A stretch of DNA of 64,000 nt from a bacterium (GTDB taxonomy: Bacteria > Patescibacteriota > Microgenomatia > Levybacterales > UBA12049), in contig JAJYDJ010000005.1 of NCBI GenBank assembly GCA_021777565.1, positions 30,400-94,399 of the forward strand. The letters are read 5' to 3'. Shown here in pieces: positions 18,767-28,184 of the stretch. A program made the translations under genes and the position numbers. The notes under the pieces were generated by a model. The model saw only the letters and a program-made list of their open reading frames with translations, did not search any database and had not been told where the DNA came from. Numbering within the stretch: position 1 is the first letter of the stretch; every line of letters begins with the position of its first letter.

Positions 18767-19476
18767 TGGTTTTTTACCTTCTGCACTGGGTACTTCCAGT
18801 GACACTCATCAATTGGGGATTTTTTATACCCTATTTTTATGTACGCAATCATTATAAGCTAAATTATGTCCGTTACAGTGTCCCTATTGCGCTCTATTTT
18901 ATCCTTGGATGCTTCACAACATTTGTTACCTATCCTGAGATATATCGCGCACCACTCATAGTATTCCCTCCACAAGGCATTGCGTTGGTCTCAATTCTCC
19001 TCTTTCTTCTTCTTTTAGTTATCATCGATCGAACACAACACAAATTATTCGTATCAACTGCCATTGATGACTACCTGATTACCTATCATGGGTCTGCCTT
19101 TGTTCACTTAAATGCCAGGTTTTTCTTACCAAAATTCTTTGATGTGCTTTTTCAACAAATGTTAGTGCTTGCAGCTGTTGTTGGTCTCACTACCTTTCAT
19201 ATGCCACTTCTCACCCTCTGTATTATTTTCGGGCTTATCTTTCTTCTTGGGCATATCATAACTCTGTTTATCAATGCAGTCCGGGGCAAATCAGTTCCAC
19301 TCACAACAGGGATCACCTTCTGCGTAGCCTCATTTTTTGCTGGGGTTATTTGGCCATATATATTGCTTCGTGTGCCTTATGGATACATTTATACGTTTAT
19401 CACTCATATGGGTTACTACATACTTTTAGGTATGTATACGCGCTACACAATTAAAAAGTCGAGTATTACTGAATAG
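18763..19476 (+). CDS. Multi-TM hypothetical protein, possibly degenerate CPBP-like
   Basis: Hydrophobic 237 aa; 4-nt overlap with ftsA. Confidence 0.6.
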   Translation: MMVFYLLHWVLPVTLINWGFFIPYFYVRNHYKLNYVRYSVPIALYFILGCFTTFVTYPEIYRAPLIVFPPQGIALVSILLFLLLLVIIDRTQHKLFVSTAIDDYLITYHGSAFVHLNARFFLPKFFDVLFQQMLVLAAVVGLTTFHMPLLTLCIIFGLIFLLGHIITLFINAVRGKSVPLTTGITFCVASFFAGVIWPYILLRVPYGYIYTFITHMGYYILLGMYTRYTIKKSSITE

Positions 19477-19530
19477 TTACTTATTTTCCACTTGACAACA
19501 AAAGAGTAACAGTCTCATGATAAAGATATC

Positions 19531-20271
19531 ATGAAGTACGGCATTCTTTTTCTTCTGGGGACTACTATTCTTTTGTTATCCCTCTGGTACGTGCTTTCTC
19601 AGGGCCTTTTTATCCCTCATGGTTCCCCTGCTATTAGCAAAGATACTCATCATTGGTATGCAAAGCCTGTTGAAGTGACAGATTATAATCTGGGGCATGA
19701 TCTTTTCGGCCTTCCGACTGGGTATTTTCGTGCCTGGTACGTCGGAGATTATATCAGCAGCACCAATATCTTAGGTGGATCAAAGATTGTTATTGCGGTA
19801 TTCAGGGACTTCCGTCCTAATGTACCAGTCGGTACAGGAGCATGTGACACGCTTGCGCAACTTTTTATCATCAAACCCGCGCTCACTCCATTTGTCTATT
19901 TTGACGCAAAGTACTCTCCAGAAAATATCGTGCTCAGGGGATATGGACCTCAAAACCAAATCCAAAAAGGAACGGGGGGCACAAATCCAATTCAATTCCA
20001 GCAGCTAGATATCGCCTACATGCCCTCTCTTGAATTCCCAGGATTTATAAAACACAATAGCCATGTCTACGCAAGGGAGATCAGGCCATACTCTTGTTTT
20101 GTTATTAATGCCAATAATGAAACAGAATTTTTCTTTGATGACATAAAAGAGACTCTGACACCTCTCTATTGGGATAGTGTTTTGGGACAAGCATACCTTG
20201 ACTCTGTCAAGCATGATATCGTTTTCCGTATGCCTGATGGACTAGTCGCGCGATATGAATTGAAACAATAA
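19531..20271 (+). CDS. Hypothetical secreted or membrane-anchored protein
   Basis: N-terminal hydrophobic helix; TTGACA box upstream. Confidence 0.65.
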   Translation: MKYGILFLLGTTILLLSLWYVLSQGLFIPHGSPAISKDTHHWYAKPVEVTDYNLGHDLFGLPTGYFRAWYVGDYISSTNILGGSKIVIAVFRDFRPNVPVGTGACDTLAQLFIIKPALTPFVYFDAKYSPENIVLRGYGPQNQIQKGTGGTNPIQFQQLDIAYMPSLEFPGFIKHNSHVYAREIRPYSCFVINANNETEFFFDDIKETLTPLYWDSVLGQAYLDSVKHDIVFRMPDGLVARYELKQ

Positions 20272-20279
20272 CTGATGTT

Positions 20280-21206
20280 ATGAAAAAAAGTCCATCACCA
20301 AAACGGGCAAAAAGACACGGGATCTGGTATTGTTTCTGCTATAGCGAGAACGGCAAAATTCGTGTGCAAATTCCTATCATCTTAGGATGTTTTGTCCTTA
20401 TTTTCGTGGGGTATCATCTTTACCAAACGTATACTCGACCCTCCAACCAGCTCCCACCAACAGGTATCTCCCCAACGCCATCAGGGCCATCCACCACACA
20501 ACCCACACTCAGTCCACTCACAACTGACTTTCAAAAACTTCTTGCTCAGAAATGCGTTAAGAATACCCGATATGAGAATGGTATTGTACAGACATTTTAT
20601 GAGATACCTATTTCGGACCTGCCAATTTCGATAGACCAAACAAAAGTACCTATTCGATTCCCCTACCTTCACTCGCTCAGTTGTAAACAAGAGTTACCTA
20701 ACCATGCAGATGTGAGACTCATTACCCCTCAACAACCACCAGAGCCCAACGCAGTCACTATGTATATTTGGGATAAGGATTCGCAAGAAGAAGGCCAAGG
20801 ACTTCCCCCATGGTATGCTAGTCCCCCACAATGGTCGCTGCCAATTTATAAAACGAATGACACTGTTATCTATGCCCATATCGGAGGAGTCATGTGGTAC
20901 AAACTTGGACTTATGTATGTTGGCATTCATGCCGTGAAAACAATCCACCAGACCAATGGTGATGATATTTATGTAACTTACCTCCAAGAAGCAATTCCTG
21001 CAAGAGACAATCGTCTGGCAACCCTTTTTACTAAATATGTAAAACAAGCAAGCGACGGTGCTTACTATCTAGATGATAGTAAAGGGAGCGATTGTATCCA
21101 GGATATAAAAAAGACATTTTTTGCCGACATGAGTAGTCTTGCCAACCCTGAAAAAGATGTCATAACCCATGTCCTTACCGTGCTGAATGGCTTCAAAGCA
21201 AAGTGA
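20280..21206 (+). CDS. Hypothetical membrane-anchored protein
   Basis: Basic N-terminus, TM, P/T/S-rich linker, soluble domain. Confidence 0.65.
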   Translation: MKKSPSPKRAKRHGIWYCFCYSENGKIRVQIPIILGCFVLIFVGYHLYQTYTRPSNQLPPTGISPTPSGPSTTQPTLSPLTTDFQKLLAQKCVKNTRYENGIVQTFYEIPISDLPISIDQTKVPIRFPYLHSLSCKQELPNHADVRLITPQQPPEPNAVTMYIWDKDSQEEGQGLPPWYASPPQWSLPIYKTNDTVIYAHIGGVMWYKLGLMYVGIHAVKTIHQTNGDDIYVTYLQEAIPARDNRLATLFTKYVKQASDGAYYLDDSKGSDCIQDIKKTFFADMSSLANPEKDVITHVLTVLNGFKAK

Positions 21207-21223
21207 CCCATGTCACATTTTCC

Positions 21224-21252
21224 TTGAAAAATAGACAATTATAGGCTATAAT
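21224..21252 (+). promoter_or_regulatory. Sigma70-type promoter
   Basis: TTGAAA-17nt-TATAAT. Confidence 0.7.
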
Positions 21253-21317
21253 CCTTCTACTTCATCCAAATAAAGCTTTTGGCATGCAAGTGAACATTAA
21301 CAAGTCGTTATTGCAAA

Positions 21318-21439
21318 ACCAGATGTACGGGAAGGAATACCTAGATCTTCAAGGTATTGCTTTCCGTACAGTCTGGTAGGGAGCGAATCGTAGCAAGTCG
21401 GATGAATCCCTTGCGGCACCAGCATGCGTCATATGACGC
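21318..21439 (+). other. Structured RNA leader or candidate ncRNA
   Basis: 60-nt hairpin 21318-21377, AGGGA/TCCCT stem, palindrome GCGTCATATGACGC. Confidence 0.5.
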
Positions 21440-21461
21440 CATTACCCATTTAGGAGGTCCT

Positions 21462-21746
21462 ATGGAGAACAGCTTGTTTAGGGAACTTACCGGCTCTTCC
21501 TACGAGGAGCTTGTGGCCCAACTGCAGCCTGGGGAAACCCTAGCTGTTGAGTTGAAGACCAAACTCCCACTCGCAAGAGTGCTTTGGATGGCTCTTCACG
21601 GAGTGTACATACTCGACGTGAAGGTAGCGTTAGTGGTGTCCTCACCAGAGGCCTACGCGCGAATAAAAGCTGCCCAGAGACTTCCAATCGGAAGATGGAT
21701 CGCGGTCCCAAACTCTGATGAGTTTAACCCCTTAGGCGCAATCTAA
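21462..21746 (+). CDS. Hypothetical 94-aa protein
   Basis: AGGAGG Shine-Dalgarno just before ATG 21462. Confidence 0.6.
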   Translation: MENSLFRELTGSSYEELVAQLQPGETLAVELKTKLPLARVLWMALHGVYILDVKVALVVSSPEAYARIKAAQRLPIGRWIAVPNSDEFNPLGAI

Positions 21747-21903
21747 CCTTGTGGAAGAGAGCCGCACTCTTTCGCCTCCTTTGCAACCAACGATAAAGAA
21801 AAAACAAACAAAACCAGGCACCACTGCCTTATATTGAAAATACAAGAAAAAACAATATATGGTGCCCTTAATCCTTAAGAAGCGTTACGAAGAAAAATGA
21901 ATG

Positions 21904-21975
21904 TGGACGATAGAGGATTCGGACCTCTGACATCTTCAATGTGAATGAAGCGCTCTACCGCTGAGCTAATCGTCC
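21904..21975 (-). tRNA. tRNA-Val(CAC), CCA not encoded, atypical T-loop
   Basis: GGACGAT/ATCGTCC acceptor stem, CTTCA-TTCACAT-TGAAG anticodon arm, AGAGG-TCCGAAT-CCTCT T-arm. Confidence 0.92.
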
Positions 21976-22047
21976 CGACTAGCCTTATTTTACACTAATT
22001 CCGCCTCGTTGACAAAGCTAGGCGTTTTTCAGACAATGAAGATAGCT

Positions 22048-22611
22048 ATGCATCTGCTTCGAAAGATTTATTATTTTCTCCTCGATACCTTAGAAAGCCT
22101 TCTGATTGCTGGTGCTATCTTTTTGGTTCTCTACATTTGGATTGGCAGACCATTCCAAGTTAGTGGTGATTCAATGTTCCCAAATTTTCATGATGGCCAG
22201 TATGTCCTGACTAACATTATCGGCATGCATTTCCAGATGCCCCAAAGAGGTGATGTCATCGTCTTTGTGGCCCCCCCTGATCCTGATAAAGACTACATTA
22301 AGCGCGTGATAGGGCTTCCGGGAGATACCGTAAGTCTCAAAGACGGTGATGTTTATTTAAACAATCAGAAACTTGATGAAAGTAGTTATATTAAACCAGA
22401 AGTCAGAACCTATGGAGGGTCATTTCTCGTTAATAACGCAAGTGTGAACGTGCCACCAGGCAATTATTTTGTGATGGGAGATAATCGTGAGTTCAGCTCT
22501 GACTCGAGGGAGTGGGGATTTGTCCCAGAGAAGAATGTTATCGGGTATTCATTCCTTGTATACTGGCCACTCAATACGCTTCATACCGTCAGTAACCCTT
22601 ATCAAAAATAG
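22048..22611 (+). CDS. lepB: Signal peptidase I
   Basis: TM, SGDSMFP (catalytic Ser), YIKRVIGLPGD (Lys), GDNREFSSDSR. Confidence 0.95.
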   Translation: MHLLRKIYYFLLDTLESLLIAGAIFLVLYIWIGRPFQVSGDSMFPNFHDGQYVLTNIIGMHFQMPQRGDVIVFVAPPDPDKDYIKRVIGLPGDTVSLKDGDVYLNNQKLDESSYIKPEVRTYGGSFLVNNASVNVPPGNYFVMGDNREFSSDSREWGFVPEKNVIGYSFLVYWPLNTLHTVSNPYQK

Positions 22612-22626
22612 TGAGTAGTTATTCTT

Positions 22627-23496
22627 TTACTCACCCAGAAGTTGTTTGGTGATCTCTTTAAGCTTTTCAGTCGTATCTTCGAATTTTCCATCAATCTGGA
22701 TATACACTTTGACTGCACGTTCAGACTGGTTAATTTTCACTTTTACATCTTTACGATCTGTCTTATCCTCTGATTTGGCGAATGCGTAACGTTGCTTGAT
22801 ACGCTTTGCCATCTCATCCAGCTCTGGGATATAGAGTTTATTTACGGTTTTATTCTTGGCAGTTTTTGGTTGTGTCTTGGCACGAGCTTCGCGAGCCATA
22901 TCTTCTGCTTCACGAACCGTACTGTTATTCTTCAAAATTTGTTTAAAAAGGGTGAGCATGAGATTGGTATCGCCAAGGGAAATCAGACTTCTAACATGCC
23001 CTTCAGAGATCACACCAGCAACGAGCGCATCTTTGATGGCATCTGGGAGTGTGAGAAGTCGGATAGTATTTGAGACCGTAGGGACACTTTTTCCGACTCT
23101 TTTGGCAACATCAGACATTTCAAGGCCAAATTCATCGATAAGACGCTTATATGCTAGTCCTCTTTCAATTGGGTTCAAGTCTTCACGCTGGACATTCTCA
23201 ACGATAGACATTTCAAGCATTTCACGAGGAGATGAATTACGAATAACAACAGGTACTGTTTTCAATCCAACTATTTTTGAAGCACGCAGACGTCTTTCCC
23301 CAGCAATAAGCTGATATCCGGCTGGTGTGTCAGCCACGACTAATGGCTCTAATACACCTTGTTCACGAATGGATTCTACGAGGTCTGAGAGTGATTCTGA
23401 AGCAATAACTCCACGTGGTTGCAGAGGATTAAACTGGATGAGATTTACATCCAACTCCGTGATGACTGTTTTGTTGTTATTATCCATGGTGGACAC
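22627..23496 (-). CDS. parB: ParB/Spo0J partition protein
   Basis: [30 protein letters not shown]. Confidence 0.93.
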   Translation of the reverse strand: MSTMDNNNKTVITELDVNLIQFNPLQPRGVIASESLSDLVESIREQGVLEPLVVADTPAGYQLIAGERRLRASKIVGLKTVPVVIRNSSPREMLEMSIVENVQREDLNPIERGLAYKRLIDEFGLEMSDVAKRVGKSVPTVSNTIRLLTLPDAIKDALVAGVISEGHVRSLISLGDTNLMLTLFKQILKNNSTVREAEDMAREARAKTQPKTAKNKTVNKLYIPELDEMAKRIKQRYAFAKSEDKTDRKDVKVKINQSERAVKVYIQIDGKFEDTTEKLKEITKQLLGE

Positions 23497-23731
23497 TTAC
23501 TGTTTTCTTACCCTGCCGACGACCAAATTTCACAATTCCATCTACCAGAGCAAAAAGTGTGTAGTCATGACCTGTCCCAACACCAACTCCAGCAGCAACT
23601 TTTGTCCCTTTTTGACGTACGATAATATTGCCTGTCTTTACTGGTTGGCCGCCATATCTCTTAACGCCCAAGCGCTTTGCGATACTATCTCTATTTACTC
23701 TTGTTTTACCACCTGATTTTGTATGTGCCAT
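23480..23731 (-). CDS. rpmA: 50S ribosomal protein L27
   Basis: [27 protein letters not shown]. Confidence 0.97.
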   Translation of the reverse strand: MAHTKSGGKTRVNRDSIAKRLGVKRYGGQPVKTGNIIVRQKGTKVAAGVGVGTGHDYTLFALVDGIVKFGRRQGKKTVSVHHG

Positions 23732-23749
23732 ATATTCTTTCTCTGCGTA

Positions 23750-24067
23750 TTATGCAGCAATCTTTTCTATCTTAACACGAGTCAGTGTTGCACGAAAACC
23801 CCGTACTTTTCGGTAACGAGCTTTTGCTTTGAACTTAGCAACGCGTACTTTTTCACCTTTTTCGTCTCCAACGACTGTCCCAGTCACCTGAGCACCTTTG
23901 ACTTCTGGCTGCCCAACGGTTCTCTTATCACCATCCACGACAAAAAGGACATGTTCAAGGGTAATTGACTCCCCTGGCTGTGCATCTTTAATGTGGTCAA
24001 AAGAGACAGTTTCACCAACACTTACTTTGTATTGCTTACCACTGTGCGCGACGACTGCGTAATTCAT
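23750..24067 (-). CDS. rplU: 50S ribosomal protein L21
   Basis: YAVVAHSGKQYKV, KFKAKARYRKVRGFR. Confidence 0.96.
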   Translation of the reverse strand: MNYAVVAHSGKQYKVSVGETVSFDHIKDAQPGESITLEHVLFVVDGDKRTVGQPEVKGAQVTGTVVGDEKGEKVRVAKFKAKARYRKVRGFRATLTRVKIEKIAA

Positions 24068-24088
24068 AGGTAAATTATAGCAAAAGCC

Positions 24089-25174
24089 TCAACGGATTTC
24101 CACCAGTGATTTTTCCTCGCTGGAGATGAGCTTTGTGGCAAATCCAAGAAAGATCGTACTAGTCAAAAGTGAACTCCCCCCATAGGAGAAAAATGGCAGA
24201 GTAATGCCTACAATTGGCAAAACGCCAATATTCATCCCCACATTGACCACGCTTTGGACAAAAAGGAAGCCAAACGTGAGCGTCAGAAAGTAGAAAACGA
24301 ACTGGTCAGAGGCACTTCTGGCAAGAGATGATATCCTCCACAGATACAAAAGGACAGCCACCAGGACCAGGGTAGCACCAATAAAACCGGTAGCCTCTGA
24401 ATAACTGGCGAACATGAAGTCCGTATGTCTCTCAGGAAGGAAACGAAGCATCGACTGCGTTCCTACCCCGACCCCTCTTCCCCACCACTGCCCCGAGCCA
24501 ACTGCAATCATTGACTGAATACTGTTATAGGAGCTTCCAAGAGGATCATGATTGGTTGAGAAAAAGTTAACCAGGCGCTCTCTCTGATAATCATGCAGAA
24601 AATGCCATAAAATTGGTGACAGCACGGCCAAACTCCCAATGCCAATGGCAAAATACTTGAAAGGGAAGCCCATCACGACAAAAAGTATCAGCATAGCAAA
24701 GACATAGACCAGCGCACTTCCCAGATCAGGCTCTCGATACACCATAAAAATAATAGGGAAGGCGAGTAGGCACGTAGTCAGAAGTGTCTTTAAATTCTTT
24801 TCTTTATGTACCAGAAGTTGGGCAAGCCAGAGTGCGAAAAAAGGTTTAAGAATCTCAGAAATTTGAATACTATAATTGCCGATAGAGAACCAACGTACAG
24901 CGCCACGACTCGCGATCCCCAAGAACGAAAGGATAAAGAGAAAGAGGAGTGCCATAGCATAAATTCCCCAGGACCTGGCAGCAATTTCGCGTACATCAAA
25001 AAGCTGAATGACAAAAAATACGATGACACTAAGGACAAGGAAGACACACTGGCTCACAAAAATATCCTGATTCATGGAATGAAGCATGATAAGACTTGCT
25101 CCCAGAAGGAAAAAAATCGGCAGAAACAATAGTCCGTCAAAATACCATCTTCCCATATAATCCTTGTGCAGCAC
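24089..25174 (-). CDS. rodA: SEDS protein RodA
   Basis: RGAVRWF, QISEILK, EPDLG, FLPERHTDF, LPFFSYGGSS. Confidence 0.9.
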   Translation of the reverse strand: MLHKDYMGRWYFDGLLFLPIFFLLGASLIMLHSMNQDIFVSQCVFLVLSVIVFFVIQLFDVREIAARSWGIYAMALLFLFILSFLGIASRGAVRWFSIGNYSIQISEILKPFFALWLAQLLVHKEKNLKTLLTTCLLAFPIIFMVYREPDLGSALVYVFAMLILFVVMGFPFKYFAIGIGSLAVLSPILWHFLHDYQRERLVNFFSTNHDPLGSSYNSIQSMIAVGSGQWWGRGVGVGTQSMLRFLPERHTDFMFASYSEATGFIGATLVLVAVLLYLWRISSLARSASDQFVFYFLTLTFGFLFVQSVVNVGMNIGVLPIVGITLPFFSYGGSSLLTSTIFLGFATKLISSEEKSLVEIR

Positions 25175-25199
25175 TGGAGGTATGGGGTTTGCAGCAGGT

Positions 25200-28133
25200 T
25201 TAGGTGAGACGCGCTACCGAGACCACATCACCTTTGGTGAGCACCTCAACATTTGCACTTTTCTTGATATATGCTTCATATTGTTCTGGCCATTCTGGCA
25301 ACGTAACCTGTACTTTTTCTGATACACTCGTGCCAAGTTTTTTTCTTTCATCTTGAATTTGGCGGATGAGTTCACGCGCTTGACCTTCAGCCATAAGCTC
25401 TGGGGTCAGTGTGGTATCAAGTACGCCTGATAACTCACCTTCACCAGTTTCAAAAACGACAGATTTCACATTGAGCTCATCTTTCATAAGCTGCAACAGC
25501 CCTTCATCAGTGATCGCTGATGTTGCATGCTGCACCGTGAACTTTGCGAGTGGCTGTCTCACCTTGAGTTGCTGCTCCTTGCGAAGGGATAATCCAATCT
25601 CAACCACACGGCGAACGATCTTCATGTCCTCAAGTAATGCAGTGTCAATCTCTCCTGCCACTGGCCAGTTAGCCAAATGAACCGACTCTTCACCAGTAAG
25701 ATTGGTATAAATCTCATCTGATAAAAATGGGGTAAATGGCGCCATCAACTTCATTAAAGTGACGAGCACGAAATGAAGTGTTTGGTAGCAGGCTTTCTTG
25801 TCATCACTGTCCTCAACGGTTGGGCCGATACGATCACGAGAGCGTCTGACATACCAGAGAGAAAGATCGTTCACAAAACTGTCGATAGAAAGAGACGCTT
25901 TCTGTGCACTTGCACTCTCTAGACCCTCGGTTGCGATACGGATCGTCTCATTCAGGCGGGCAAGGATCCATTGATCAAGGACATTCTGGCTCTCCACTTT
26001 GGCCTCAGTTGGAGTCCAATTATCACCATTGGCATTTAAAACAAAGAAGTTATAGATATTCCAGAGCATCAGGTGGAATTGACGTCGTACTTCATCGCCA
26101 CGATGCGCTCCAAAACGTAGATTTTGCTCTACATCAGCGGTCGCATACATCCAGCGCATCACGTCAGCACCAATGGCATCGGCAGCTTCATTAAATTCAA
26201 TTGAGTTGCCCCATGACTTATGCATCGGACGACCATCTTCACCCACGACTGAGGCGTATCCAAGAATTTTTTTGAAAGGATTACGTTTTTCAAGGGCGGT
26301 AGACATAGCGATAAGCGCATAGAACCAGTTCTTGAACTGCCCTGGGAAAGACTCAGTAATGAAATCTGCAGGATACCACTGACTCCAGTACTTTTTGTCT
26401 GTCGTATAACTAAGCTTGCCTGTTTCTGGATTTAGTAGGGTAGAGAAGGGGACAATACCAGCATCAAGCCATGGGTTACCGACGTCATCAGTTCGTGTCA
26501 TGACTCCCCCACACTCACAGGAAATTTTTACCATATCAATATATGGCTTATGTGGTGAATGACCATCAAAAGATTCCCATCCTTCTACCGCTTTTTCTTG
26601 TAACTCCTCTTTACTGCCGATCACAGTAAACTTTCCACACTTTTCACAGGTATAAATTGGCAATGCCAGACCCCAATAGCGATTTTTCTTGGAAATAAGC
26701 CAATCGTGCATATTGGTAAGCCAGTCCAGTTCTCGATCAAGAGCAAAAGATGGATTCCAATCAATCATCTTGGCACTATCAATCATTTGTTCACGGAAGG
26801 TCTTTGTGCCATCCTTCTCAACAATATCCATGCCTATATACCACTCTTCTGCCACTTTCCAGACAAGCTCAGTCTTACAACGCCAGCAGCAAGGATAACG
26901 ATGTTTGTAGGGTTCGATTGAGAAAATCCAGTTCTCCCCTTTTTCTTCTTTTGCTTTGAGTGCATCAAAAATAATCTCAGGATGTTTTTTAGCATTTTGG
27001 CCGGTAAAATCGTCCAATCCCTCCAGATATGAGGCATCATCAGCGATAATTGGGATCATTGGAAGTCCCAATTTCTTACCTAATTTAAAATCTTCAGTTC
27101 CTGCAGAGACGGCAGTGTGTACCAACCCTGTACCTTCTGTCGTTGAGATTGGCATGATGAGATTATCTGTTGGGACAACATGATGAAAAGTGTCAAGATT
27201 ATTCTTGGCAACGTCTGCGACAACCGGAAGGCTGTCAAAGGGACCGGTATAGGTAAGTCCCACGAGCTCACTCCCCTTGACTGTTTTGATGACTTTAACA
27301 TCTGACTTAAAGACTGGCTCAACTCTCTCTTTGACAATCCAATATCTGTCCCCTGTTGATCCTTCAACCAGTGCATAATCTAAATCTTTATCCACTGCCA
27401 CGGCGATATTGGCTGGGATGGTCCAAGGCGTTGTTGTCCAGACCAAAAGATATTCTTTTTCTCGCCCAACAATTGGAAATTCAATAAAAATTGAGTCATG
27501 CACCAGCTCTTTATAATCCTCGGTAAGCATTTCGTGCTGAGAAATTGCTGTCTGACAACGAGGACACCAAGGGACACTTTCATTCCCTTTATACATCCAG
27601 CCTTTCTCAAAGACGACTTTCAAGAAATACCAAATCATGTAGTTATTTTCATCAGACATGGTGAAGTATGAATGGTCCCAATTCATGAAGTTCCCCAGAC
27701 GCTTGGTTTGATCAGTCTGAATGCCACTGTATTTGCGTACTCGCTCTTTACACATCTCCACAAATTTTGCGATCGATGCGACGGTATCTCCTGGGACAAG
27801 ATTTTCGATATCTTGTTTATTTTTTATTCCAAGTTCTTTTTCTACTTCTACTTCTACCCACAGACCTTGGCAATCAAACCCATTTTGGAAGCGCTCTTTA
27901 TACCCACGCATGTTCCAAAAACGCTGCCACAAATCTTTATACGTTCTTCCCCAGGCATGATGCACACCCATAGGATTATTTGCCGTGATTGGCCCATCGA
28001 TAAAGGAAAATCTCTTTTCAGAAGCGTCGTTGCGATGAAGATATTTTTCCACAATTCCGTCAGTATACCAATGAGCAAGAAGAGCTCTTTCCATTTCAGG
28101 GAAATTTACACGGGGATCAACATTCTTAAACAT
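25200..28133 (-). CDS. ileS: Isoleucine--tRNA ligase, type 2 (GXHH variant)
   Basis: DGPITAN, GFDCQGL, WTTTPWT, RYWG; GVHH in place of HIGH and PMHKS in place of KMSKS. Confidence 0.93.
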   Translation of the reverse strand: MFKNVDPRVNFPEMERALLAHWYTDGIVEKYLHRNDASEKRFSFIDGPITANNPMGVHHAWGRTYKDLWQRFWNMRGYKERFQNGFDCQGLWVEVEVEKELGIKNKQDIENLVPGDTVASIAKFVEMCKERVRKYSGIQTDQTKRLGNFMNWDHSYFTMSDENNYMIWYFLKVVFEKGWMYKGNESVPWCPRCQTAISQHEMLTEDYKELVHDSIFIEFPIVGREKEYLLVWTTTPWTIPANIAVAVDKDLDYALVEGSTGDRYWIVKERVEPVFKSDVKVIKTVKGSELVGLTYTGPFDSLPVVADVAKNNLDTFHHVVPTDNLIMPISTTEGTGLVHTAVSAGTEDFKLGKKLGLPMIPIIADDASYLEGLDDFTGQNAKKHPEIIFDALKAKEEKGENWIFSIEPYKHRYPCCWRCKTELVWKVAEEWYIGMDIVEKDGTKTFREQMIDSAKMIDWNPSFALDRELDWLTNMHDWLISKKNRYWGLALPIYTCEKCGKFTVIGSKEELQEKAVEGWESFDGHSPHKPYIDMVKISCECGGVMTRTDDVGNPWLDAGIVPFSTLLNPETGKLSYTTDKKYWSQWYPADFITESFPGQFKNWFYALIAMSTALEKRNPFKKILGYASVVGEDGRPMHKSWGNSIEFNEAADAIGADVMRWMYATADVEQNLRFGAHRGDEVRRQFHLMLWNIYNFFVLNANGDNWTPTEAKVESQNVLDQWILARLNETIRIATEGLESASAQKASLSIDSFVNDLSLWYVRRSRDRIGPTVEDSDDKKACYQTLHFVLVTLMKLMAPFTPFLSDEIYTNLTGEESVHLANWPVAGEIDTALLEDMKIVRRVVEIGLSLRKEQQLKVRQPLAKFTVQHATSAITDEGLLQLMKDELNVKSVVFETGEGELSGVLDTTLTPELMAEGQARELIRQIQDERKKLGTSVSEKVQVTLPEWPEQYEAYIKKSANVEVLTKGDVVSVARLT

Positions 28134-28184
28134 GCTGTTATTGTAACGTAATTTGTCTTCAGGCACAAGAATATTCAGGAGAGA

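Noticed and set aside
21817-21866. Interrupted inverted repeat GGCACCA..TATATTG / CAATATA-TGGTGCC
   Set aside because: Large A-rich loop and bulge; plausibly chance or a terminator for tRNA-Val; no further support.
28134-28184. T-box upstream of ileS
   Set aside because: Only 51 nt, occupied by a promoter; no GGTGG-ACC motif.
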